Source of the DNA: Oculina patagonica | Lineage: Eukaryota | Assembly: GCF_052425735.1 (NCBI RefSeq) | Contig: NC_135763.1 | Span: forward strand, 37,448,001-37,512,000 | DNA length: 64,000 nt | Direction of reading: 5' to 3' | In this document: in pieces, positions 38,828 to 51,200 of the stretch | How positions within the stretch are numbered: the stretch's first letter is position 1 | Layout: every line of letters begins with the position of its first letter | The notes under the pieces: generated by a model | Seen by the model: only the letters and a program-made list of their open reading frames with translations | Database searches by the model: none | Told to the model about the DNA's origin: nothing | Position numbers and translations under genes: made by a program

Positions 38828-41800
38828 AGTAGCTCCGTCTGATCTATGGCAAAAAATTTCGTCTAACCTCAGTAGATTTCTTTTTATAGCCAAACGATCT
38901 GAGATGTGGATCGCTTAAGACCATTTACCGGTGTTGTAGGAGATGTTTTGATGTACTCAGCTGTCATGCTAAGGCGGAAATGAAATTTACGCTTTGTAAT
39001 TGAATTAGCCCTCAAAGTAAACTGAAAGTCACGTCATCTTTGAGTGGGGGCGTGGCCTGCTTATGCGTAAAATTAAGCCGAAAAGATATGAGAGGAATGG
39101 ACTGGACTTGATAAAAACGGCGTATTTTGGATTTCTTTTTTTCGTTTTATATCGAAAATGTTTTGAAGACCAAACTGATCAATTATGTATAGCCATGTAA
39201 TTACAATCGTCAAGCCCCTGTAGATAATGCATTTTGTCACAAATACAAGTACATAAGGTTCATTAGCCCCCACACTTGAAAAGTGAAAGGTCAACCTACA
39301 GTAGCTTGATCGTCATTCAAAGCTTTCCAGTTGAATTACGTACAGCTTTCTAGAACATATTACTCCAATTTCTAGAAACCTTCAATATGCTGACAGGATA
39401 AGCTACAGCTAAAACAATAAGCCACGCAATAAATGTAGCAAAAAATGACACAAATAGTATCCAGAATTTGCATGTTATAGCGTCATATCCTGCGGGGACA
39501 AGGTCAATTTCCTCGCTGCGTCGAGCCTTGACGGACGTGGGAAATTAGAAGTTTGCAAGCAGGATGTAAGTTTTAGCAGGGAAACAGAAATAACAAATGC
39601 TAATTGGACTGAGTGATGGTACAATTCAGGGATTAATCGAGCGAGTTATTTCAAAATTAGCCGAGCCAATTAAGTTACGAGTGTGATTGCTGCCTGAATT
39701 GGTTGACAAAATATCCAAATTGCGTAATCGTAGTAATTACAAAATTCGAGAAAGGGGAATTCTGTGATAACCTGTTTTAAGAAAACCATTCAGTGATATA
39801 TTTGATTAGTTTTACTGACAGAAAAGAAACAGCAGAGAAAACTCATTGAAGTGCACATGATGCGCGAATGACGTAATTAGTCATGCTGTAAACCTCTAAT
39901 TACGTAAGACAGCTATGTAATGAAAATAAAATTGACATTACTATGACAACGAGTTTGGTTGACGGCCAATACAGCAATAGAACAAATTGATTCAAAATCT
40001 GTAAAAGAGCTTAAAGCGGAAAACAAAATTAGAAAAATAAACAAACTTTAAGCACCTGCTGGGAGCTTTAACGGGAGTTGAAACAAAAATAACGAAACAA
40101 CAAAATGTATGCAAAGCTAGTTAATTTCTGAGACAGTTTGCTTAAACAAGGCCGCAAAAAATATCAAAAATAGAAATTTTATGCTAAGCTTAGTCTGAAA
40201 ACCTGAACGAGAATTAACACAAAAATAGCGAAAGCAACGCAACAGATGCTTGATCTTAAATAGCTTGCTCGAACATGAAAACATAAATGTAACGAAAGGA
40301 AAGCTGGAAACAGCGATTAAAGCCAAGGTCGTATCTGTAACTGCCGTGGGCATTGAAGTTCGAAATAGCAATTTACACTAACAGTTTTCTAACTAAGAAA
40401 AAGTCGAAAGCGACTGAATGCAGTACTGGACTTAAGTCACAAAACCATTGTTTACTTCTTAAGCTTTTTTCGAGCGAAAATGTTTTATGATACATTTCTC
40501 CCAGATGAAAGAGAACACAACGCGAGGGAAGTTAAACTATTGCGTTTTATTTTAATTTTCACCTCTACTTAGAGTAGATTGCTTTTTACATTTACATCAT
40601 CTTCTGTAAGTAACCTAGAGGAACTTAATATTAAACGGAATTAAATAACTTTGATTTAGCGTAAAGTTTACAAGGAGAACTGCGGGCATTTTTTAAGGCT
40701 CAACTTTGGTTGTTGTTGTGAGCGCGAGCGGTAGTTCCTCTTCTAATATTTAATGAGCGCGCAATTTTTGCAAACGTAACCTGTTCCAGGCGTTCGCCTG
40801 TAAACAGGCCATCGCCAAAGACGTTGCCAAGTAACATGACGTATTTTTTGACTTAAGCTGGCGAGTAGATTTTCGGAGTGGTCGCGAATGGTTGGTCTGA
40901 AATCTGATTGGATAAGAACAATCGGAAATTTTCCGGGTATTTGTTGCGAATGATACTCATTCCATCTATCGATGTGAAAAACGCCCTGTCAGTTACATGT
41001 ACTAAGCTCTAAATAAATATCACTTCTAGCTACCGTAATGATTCGTTTAGCGCCCGGGGCGCTTTTTTTTTTGCGCCTCGGGGGGGGCTTTGGGGGCTTG
41101 AGGGGGTTTTTATTTTTTTAAAAAAAAAAAAATATAAAAAAAAAAATTTAAAATATAAAAAAAATATTTGGGGGGGGGGGAAGGGGGGGATATTCTAGAC
41201 AAGAAATATACGCTTATTTGTATTTAGTGAAATATGGAATACCTAACATTTTAAATATACTAGATCTGTTAGCAAGCTACATCTGTGTGTAAAGATAACT
41301 TAAAGTTAGACCGTGGTTTTAAAAAATTAAAATTTAGAGTTTTAAATTTATTTCCGATAGTACATCTATCTTGAAAAAAAGACCCCGATTAAATGATTCC
41401 AAGATTTTTGTTCGTTACACCGGATTCTGATCGTAACCTGTGCCACTCACAAAGGACACAGACAATCCAGTGAACCAATCAAAACTCGAAGCAAACACAT
41501 GTATCCAGCACGAAGCGCGGGAAAAAGTGCGCAAGCGATTCATGATTGGTTTTGGTGTCACTTTTGATTGGTCGACAAAGTGGCGGGGATTTTTAATCCA
41601 GTCACTAAGCGTAGTAAAACAAAATCAAAGCAAATGCGAATTACTTTCGACACTCAAGTGAAACCGCTCTATATTGGAATTTTTTTTTTTACTTTTGAAA
41701 CATAGTCGAACCTCCCTAAGTGGACACTCTAGGGACCAGAAAGTACATGATTGTGTTGCATAGGTAAGACCTTGACAGTGTCTACTTACGTGAGGTGCAC

Positions 41801-42251
41801 TGTCCGTTAGAGACGTTCGACTGTAATTTACTCATTTAAATTGTTCGTTTTCAGCTGAAATGCATTATATCAGATTCGTTATTATACGTGATAAAGTCCA
41901 GTTAGTATGCGCGTGTTCAACGTTACATCTTTTAACGTTACATCGTACTTAGATTAACAGCGAAATTCGTTTTACCGTGAACGCTAGAAACATTTCCGCT
42001 AGAAATACTTCCGGTTTTGAGCTTGGCCGGGTTACGTTTTGTTGCTGACCAAGAGTATATATGGTCACTAGCGGAACAGAAATGGAGGAGGGAGACGCAA
42101 TATTCCTACTCTCTTCATGCTGCAGAAACCGCAGTTAAGCGTCGAATGGCTGAGCCCCTAAGCTCCGCCTGGAAAAGATAATATATTCTAAAATTCACGG
42201 TATAAAGGGTTTCACTGTTAAAAGAAATGTATTCTAAGGTCAGGAGCAGTT

Positions 42252-45200
42252 TTATCCAACAGGCATCGCGTGCTCCGGGAAAAGAACCGGAGTCGCGACG
42301 ACACCAGCCCCAGTCTCGAACTTCCAAATAACGGATCCATCGTCACCGTGCAAAGCGTACACAAACTTATCAGAGCTAGCGGCGTACACCACATTATCAC
42401 GTGATACTGCTACCGATGCCACGACGTAGTCACGTGTTGTTGGTGACCATATATGGGAGCCGTCGGTTTGTTTGAGCGCCAAGATGCGGCCATCGCCTGA
42501 TCCAACAAAAACCTGCAATGTGAAAATACAAATTAAAGCGATGAGTACTTGAAACAAGAATAAGAGGTACAGGTCTGGTCTGTACTTCAGAAAGAAAACA
42601 ATGGGTGCATACTAAACTTGCAAGTCCAGCTAGTTCACATAAAGAAATAATTTTACCGATAACGAGTTACTTTGAATAGTCAGTCNNNNNNNNNNNNNNN
42701 NNNNNNNNNNNNNNNNNNNNNNNNNNNNNNNNNNNNNNNNNNNNNNNNNNNNNNNNNNNNNNNNNNNNNNNNNNNNNNNNNNNNNNNNNNNNNNNNNNNN
42801 NNNNNNNNNNNNNNNNNNNNNNNNNNNNNNNNNNNNNNNNNNNNNNNNNNNNNNNNNNNNNNNNNNNNNNNNNNNNNNNNNNNNNNNCGAGACAATCCTT
42901 ACTCACCCTCCCATCCTCAGTTATGACAGGTGACGACACCACCTCCCCACCAGTGTTCACCGTCCACTTGACTTTTCCCGCCAAAGGTCCATCTATGGTG
43001 TTCACAGCAATCAGCTGATCCTTGATCAAGCCAACATACAGTGTGCCATCCAACTTACTGACCACTGGGGACGACTCCACTTCAGACCCTGTGTCATGTG
43101 ACCAGTACAGCTTGCCTGATTCACGGTCTAGAGCGTAGATATTATGGTCTAGAGTCGCAAAGAACACGGTTTGACCGCCGGGCATGAGAGCAGGCGAGCC
43201 GTAAACGCTTCCGGCCCTGTCAAATTTCCAAGCAATTTCACCCGAGCTGGCTTTCAGAGCGAATACATGAGGCGTGTCCTGCGAGTCTGATGCGTTCGAT
43301 TTATCCGAGGTACAGCCGGTGAAGAGAAGCCCTTTCTCGTTGTCCACAGCAACAGCACCCCAGATAGGACAATGAAGGTCTGTTTTCCACAGAACGGACC
43401 CAGTTTTGCCATTCAAAGCATACACGTGCTTATCCTGCGACCCAACATAGACTGTCCCATCAAGACCCACTCTTGGGCTCGCCACAACGGCTCCTTCGGT
43501 CTTCAGTGTCCAGACTACGGATCCATTAGCTGCACCAAGGGCATAGACATTGCCATCATTGGAACCAAAATAAACGATCTCTTCGTCTTGGCTAAGAGCT
43601 GCAGATGACATGATCTTGCCAAGAGTTCGGTATTTCCAGATAACAGTCCCGCTGGCCGCGCTAAGTGCGTACATGTTGTGGTCTTCGGAGCCGACGAAAA
43701 CAAGTGGTTCGACTGACGAATCACCGCTGAGGTCTTCGTCATCTAACAAAAAAGAAAAAAGTGTCATTGAATGAATGTTATAGTAATTATCCTTTCAATT
43801 GAAAAGTTTCTTTTCCCTGTAAATGCAGTGACGTTAATCAATAATCAAATAAAGAATGACAGACTTTCATCCGGCGTTTGTCGTTTGTTGAGGTCCAAGT
43901 AATTTTCCTCGTTGGGAAGAGTAAGAAAACTCGAACAGTGTTTGATTTTCATTCACCAATCGCAAAACAGGACAAGCACTCGTAAAGAAAACAAAGGTTT
44001 CCCCGTCAGCTTGACGTCATAAATTTTATGTCATGTTGCGAAGCAACCGGTTGTAAGGAGACCGCGGGCTCAGGTACTTGTTTCCTCGGTAACAAAGGTA
44101 TATTGAACAATTCTGATATACACGTGAAGGTCAACTCACAGCACAATCCACAGCTTTCTTGACAGTTGATCAGCATCCAGTCAGGGTTTGATCTACATTC
44201 ACCAGAGGACGCCCACTGCTGACAGTTTGAATGTTTATCTGAGCAACCTAATTATCATTAACGAGGTCAAGTTAAGAATGGAGCTGGGATGCATTTCAGA
44301 GGCTATTTGAATAGCTAGATTTTTTTGATGACGTTACGCAAATTTAACTGTGCATTTGCTTTAAGGTTTTGAATTTTTTAGCTCTGTAATTTGGATAAAA
44401 AAAACTTATACACGTGCGCTTGTTACTGGTTACATTATTTTCCGCGCTTTTCATTAGTTCCGGTATTTTCCCGCGCTTGTCACAAATTACATGTTTTTCG
44501 CGCTTGCGACTAGTTAAGCCTGGATCTCATATGGTCGCCCGATCGTTTCTATCGCTTCGATCGTTTGCAAATACTGAGACGATCGTAGGCGATCGAAGCG
44601 ATTGGAAGCGATCGGGGGTTCTCATGTGATCGTCCCGATCGCCTTTATGGGCGAAGACCTACGAAAAACAATCATTTCAGCCCTAGATCCAACACAATGG
44701 CGGCCTTCAATGAAAGGACAAAACTCGTGGCCTCCTATCTTCTTAGTTATTGCAACTTACAGCAAAGGAGGGAGAGAGAAGCTAGAAGGATAGAACACGG
44801 GCGATCCAAGCGATCGTAATCGCCCCAATCGCCGCAGACGTTAGCGATCGTCTGTGTAATGATCTCATATACAATCGCCCCGATCGCTAAAAAACGTTTT
44901 GAAGTGACAGAGCCGACAGAAACGATCGGGGCGATTATATGAGAACCAGGCTTAACATGTTTCAGTTCTTGCGCTTGACAATAAATAAATGTTCCCACGT
45001 GCTTCGCCGCCCTCGCCATAAGTTATGTGTTGTCCCGCTCTTGTCACTAGAAACTAGTTACAAGTTTGACTGCGCTTGCCAATGGCTCAGTGTTTCCCCG
45101 CGCTTGTCAAAGGTTAAGTTTTGTTTTCCGCACTTGTCACTAGTTTATACGTGGTAACGCTTTGCACGAAAACACGCGATTCCTTGGTTTATAGTTACCC

Positions 45201-48200
45201 CTTTGGCGGGCCCTTTGGAAACTATATGTCAACTATAAACGTCGAAAAGGCTGTAGCCATAATTACCTAATCCTTTCTCCAGCTTCTGTTCCAAAGGATG
45301 GAATTCATAATCAGTGATGTTATTGAAATACTCGATTTCATCTTCATTAAGAGAAAAGTCCAAGGCTCGGAAATTCAAGTAAATATTTCTTGGATTCTTT
45401 GATCGTGGTATGACCGTCACGTTAACGTGAATGGCCCATCGTAGAACAACTTGTGAAGGAACAAACTCGTAATGGCTGGCAATCTCCAAGATCAGCGACG
45501 AACTTAGAACGGGATTTTTTTGCAAACCGTGGAAGTAAACCCATTGAAGGCCTGCAAAGAAAAGATCGCTACATCAGTTAAGGATTAAATTAACTTGAGT
45601 TGGCCTCACTACGTATAATTTTCGATGGCCTTTGTTGAAACTCAACGTTAGTAACGGACTCTTTTCAAGAACGCCCTTAACCTTGAAATACGTTTTCAGT
45701 GGTTTATCGAAGATCTTTATCAGACTCAAAGTGGAAACTTTATTTTTGTACAATGGTAAGAAGTAGTATTGTAAGTAGTGTATGTCTTGTTTTGTAACTA
45801 GTTATCCTCGTGGTGCAACAAAAAAAAGACGTTTTGCAAAACATTCGGAATAAAGCAGTTTCTTATTTTAATTTTTACCATGATTCTACCCCGTAACATT
45901 TACTTCTTAGGAAGCTAATTTTAGTTTGCCAAATAATGAATTAACGCTTTTTGGTCATAAAATCATAAGATACTAGTAAAAAATTTAAATACCGTATTTA
46001 TTCGATTAAGCGCCCTGGACCTTGAGGGTGGGCGCTTATTTGAGGTGGGCGCTTATTCGAGGCTGGGCGCTTTATTAAATTCTCTCCATTTTTAGCAAGT
46101 AGTACATTTATTTTGCAAGAAAACAATGTATAATAACTAAACCTGAAGAAGCTGAATTTTAACTGTTCATTGAAAGTTTCAGTAAAAAACTAAACAAACT
46201 CGGTCTTTGGGGTCGTCTATTAGTAGTAAGTAGTCAATTTCACTCTCAACTTCAATAATAATGAGTACTCCTCTTGTGCACTTCAGGGGTGGGGGGGGGG
46301 GGGGGGTTGGGCGCTTATTCGAGGTTGGGCGCTTAATCGAATAAATACGGTAATTTTTACGTACATTTGTATATTAAACTTACTGGAGCAGAAGTTTGAA
46401 CAAAGCCCCCCCCCCCCCCCCCCCCGTTCCTTTAAAACTGATACGTTCTTCTACTAAACAAAACATTGAATGTTGTGATGTTTTTAGCTCAAACTGGACG
46501 ACTATTACATAAGTTTACACAACAATAAAACAACTTACCAAGAGTTGAATATCCAATGTATCTAATGTTGTGCTCTTGGCAGAACTTCCTAACTGGACGA
46601 TCTTGATGAAACGGGTCAAACCAGTTTTGAACTGCAGACACTGGCACTGTAGCAAGTTGAACCAGTTCCTCCAGGTCTTGAGTGTCAAAGTTGCTGACGC
46701 CCAGACTGCGTAGCTTCCCTTTCTTTTGCATTTCCTCCATGGCCTTCCAGCTCTCTTGCCAAGTTCCCTTGGGCTCTCCTACAAAAGACAAAAAATTAAG
46801 AGTTTGTTGTTTGCAGGAAAACTTTGGTTTTTGGAAAGACGTTATGAAACAAACGTTTTGCTTAATATTCTAGGCCAGAATATTTAAAGTATGATTAAAC
46901 TAATCCACGATTAGCATGAATTTGGCTCTCAGTTTTTTTTAACTTTTCAGTGAGGTTTTCTGTTAATACAAGATAAATTGAACCTCAATCAACTTTAATC
47001 CTGGGTAAGTGTTAATTGGCTTTCGAATGACCCAGCCCTGGATGGAGAGTGAGGAACTCAAGGGTGTGCTCTAATTCTTAGAATAATTGCAGGGTGCCCG
47101 AAGGCTCTTCTGTAAGGAATCTTGGGTGTCCAGCCCATAAAAGCTTTCATGGCGGGTAGTACCTCACCCCACTAATTACTCCTGGTCTGTCATGCTACCC
47201 AAAGTGGATCTTACACTATAAGGTTTACACCAGTAAATTACAAAAGATAAAACTTGCCTTCTTCACATGTGAGAAGGAAGTCATCGCATTGCTGGGTGTG
47301 TATAAGAAACAAATCAATGTAGTCTGTTTTCAGAGATTGCAGAGACATCTCAATGGCCACCAAAGTTGTATCATATCCTAAATATTTGGGATGCAGTTTG
47401 GTCAGGATGAATATATCTGACCGAGGGATTCCACTCTGTTCAATGGCTTCAGCAACTAAAGGTTCTGAGCCAGGATATCCTTGGGCTGTGTCAATCAACC
47501 TATTGAGAGATTAAAGAATTCCTGTCATTGGATCAGAAACTTGCTCAATGTAGTCACACTTTGCAAACACTTAGCTACTACAGAGGGTCCATTACAAGGG
47601 GTTGTTCAGTCTGCAGACCATTTTTTTTTTCCTAGACTGCAAATTTCTTTTATTTTCTCCTGAAGACCAAGTCCGCCAAATATTTCTTAACTGTAGACTG
47701 CCAGATAATAAAGAAAGTGCATGCAGGGTGACGCCCAAAAAATGCCTTAAACTGCCAGAGTATAATATACCCTTAATATAGTCACCCTGTTATTACAGAC
47801 AGGAGTTTAAGTCCCAGAGAATAAGAATTACTGAAAATAACTTTCGCTACTTCAGACTTTCTCTACAGGCGCCAAATTGTAGTCTGGAAGGTGTCCATTA
47901 TAGTGGGAGTTGACTGTATATACTGACGGCAGTATAAACTACTACTAAATGAACAATGTACGATATGTTTTTATATTACTGGCATGCAGGGTATAGCAGA
48001 TATTAGAAGGTTTAATTTTTTCCTCTTTAAGCAGGAAAATGATATTTTGACTGATGGCTGTACTCACTTAAGGATACTGGAATGGTAAATTCAAGACTGC
48101 TAGATGATGAGACTGATATCTTTTCTGTGAACTAGCCTGGGACCTTCTTTAGCCTTGCAAAAAAAATCAAGACTCTGAGAATGCATCCCAGGCAAGTTTG

Positions 48201-51200
48201 AGATGACAAGACCCCTGAAACTTCGCTGACATTTTGCGAGACGCACATATCTTAAAGGACCATTCACCAACCCTTCACTTACAAGAAAGTTTAACTAACA
48301 ACCACATTCAATATGACTGTAATCACCTGTAGCCGACTTCAAGTGCTGCTTTAACAGCAGTAGTTGTGTTCTCCATCAGAGTAGCTGTACCAAAGCCCAT
48401 AACTGGCACTAAAGAGGGCAAAAAGAGAAAGCACACTAGTGAATGGGTCAATTATCAAGCAAGTACTTATATCAGCCATTTTGTTTACTTACTGGTAAAT
48501 TTGAATTGGACATGTTGCAGTTAATTTTTGATCTTAGTTAATTTTTTATTTCAACCTTTTTTCTAACAAGTTTTTAATATACTAATATTAAGTTGAAAAA
48601 GGAAAACACCTTCCCTCCCTTAATGTCTCATATCCCCCTCCCTACTATCTGCTATTATCCACATCCCCTAAGTACTATCATCTAATTTTCTTTTCTTTTT
48701 ACTAACCTGCACTGGATTTGAACTCTCAACCCCTTATCCACCTTGCCACGTAGGAAACGTTGGGTGAACCACTATTTTTTCAAAAAAAAAAATAGTATGT
48801 GACTCCAACCCATACCCTAACCCTATTATTTAACTATAAAATTATAAAAAATCAACTAGTTAGAAAATAACTAACTAGTAAAGTAAGAAATTAACTGAGA
48901 TAAAAAATTAACTGCAGCAGATACCCTAAACCATGGGGTCAATAACACGCACCTGACTGACTCACTCTGTGCCCAAACAGGTTTTTATCGATTACTATCA
49001 ATGACTTACTTGTGTATCCGCTTGCAAGTTTGACATCCGCTGGTCTCTCATTTCGTTTTGGAATCCTTAGGGGTCCACTGCTAGGATCGCTAGCATTGAT
49101 TTTTAGAATAGCGTTTAAGGCATGCTTCTCCTCTTGGCACTGAATCCTGTCTGGTTCATCTTGGACAAGCTTGTCGAACATCTCTGTTACCTACAAAATT
49201 AATGAAAATAATAAAATATGTTATGTACAATTCAAATCAAAATTTTACTTAACTGTCAAAAATTCTCTCAACTGTGAAAATTGTAAAAGAGCAACAGCTA
49301 TACCATAAAATTCCGGTCATAAGTCCCCCCCCCCCCCTTGCTTATAAGCCTCCCTGGTTATAGGCCCATCTACCTGGAAACAAACAAATACGTCCGGTTT
49401 TGCCCCCTCCCCCAGATATAGGCATCCCTCTGCTGGATGACAGTATTGAACAGGGCTAAATGGTGCTTTATTATGACTTTTTAACTTAAAAACCTTTTTC
49501 GATCAACAATACCATGGCTTTTTTCGAAACGTTTTTTATTCCGCTAATAATCCTCACCCGGATATAAGCCCCTCAGTTTATAAGATCACCCAAAACCCCT
49601 TACAAAATTGTAGAAGCCCAGGGCTTATAACCGGAATTTTACGTTATTGTATTGAGTGTACAAGTTACCTTTGTCACATCTGTGTCTTCAGAAATCCCTG
49701 CCTCAAGAAACTGCTTCTCAAAGTTAAACATTGCAAACCAGACATTGAGAGCAATGTTAGGAGCGTCATGTGATCGGACAATGTGCCACCAATATTGTGG
49801 GATATACAACATGTCACCTGTCAATCAGTTAGGTGGACTATGTTAGTTACCATCTGATGGACTGAATTTACCGTAACTTAACTCTCTAATTAAAAATACT
49901 AAAAAGTAAGCATTTTTAATTGTTCAAATAAATAATATTGCTTTAAGAAGACTGACTCTAAATCATGATTTCAATAGTTGGTCATGTTTTTTAAAGGCAA
50001 AGGTAAATGTATGGTGGAGGGGAACAGTCGGGGTGGGCTGGGGTGTGGCAGGATCCCCTTCGTAGAGCTGAGGGGCAGGAATTCTGTGGGAGGTGGGATT
50101 CCCAAGGAATATAAGGTCAGGTAAGTGGGAAGTTCACACTTCCCTGCCCCCCTCCCCCACAATGTTGTTTAATGGTATAACCACTAAAGCCACTTCCCTT
50201 CACCCACCTAATGATTATAGATCATTTTATATTAATAGTGAATTACGGAAATACGCTAGTATGAGTTAATTTCAAATATTAATAAAAATGTATGTGTTTT
50301 TGTAAGCTTGCTGGATTTACCTGTTATGAAAAGCTACTTAGCAGCTATTTTTGTTTAAACCACTCACCTTTATTCAAGGTTACTTCATAATAAGGCACAT
50401 CTGCTAGTTTTGGATAAGTCTCTAAGTCTAACTTTTCTGGATCAATTGACAACACTCCTGGGGCAATGGTAAACTGATCAGCATACAGTTCTTTACCGTA
50501 CGTGCTATTAATCAAGTAGACAGTCTTTGTTCCTGAGATGACAGTTATAATATTTTCCAATCCATCATGATGAAAGGCAGAATTAGCATCACCGCTATTA
50601 AATAACAGATTAAGGCTATCGATTGAAGAAGATATCTCATGGCAGTTTAAAACTGATGGTAAAATAATATCATTTAGCATAGGACTGTTTGGCGGAAAAG
50701 CAGAGTCCAGGTAAACATCTTCAGATTTATATATTTTCAGAAATTCTCCAAAAGAAAGCGGCTTCCTGACAGGGTGTTCATTCTTAAATTTCTTCCGATA
50801 TTCCACAGTAAAAATGTTAGACCCAAAATTTGACGCTAAATATGATTCATTTTGCCAGAGTTGTACAGCGGGCCAGTGGTTAGCGCCGTTCCTGATAACC
50901 ACAGGTTTCCTTTTGTGAATGTAGTTGTGGTAGAAGTCAGCGCCACTTGGAGCATACTTTAAACTTGCGATTTCACCTTCTGATGGCCTGTGTTCGCCGA
51001 AACGCTTCAGGTGGCCTGAACAGAAAATAGAATGGTCTGTGAGTTGATTACCAAAGTCAAACCATTCTTAGTAATTTAAATTGTTTTTAAAAAATGTATT
51101 GATATGTTAAATTATATAATTAATTACTATATTAATTTAGAGAAGAGGCCACATCAGCTCTAGCTGGTTTTCATGGGGGTCCTCTGTCCAGGTTGAATTG

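Noticed and set aside
38828-38893. N-terminal extension of GPCR paralog 2
   Set aside because: It starts at TTG; the ATG at 38827 matches the paralog's start.
41060-41190. Homopolymer-rich tracts (also 27140-27210 and 57650-57780)
   Set aside because: They look like sequencing artefacts inside repeats.
44410-45155. CRISPR-like spaced repeats (also the ggagccc array at 61076-61596)
   Set aside because: Degenerate minisatellite or MITE subrepeats in a eukaryotic context, with no uniform spacers and no cas genes.
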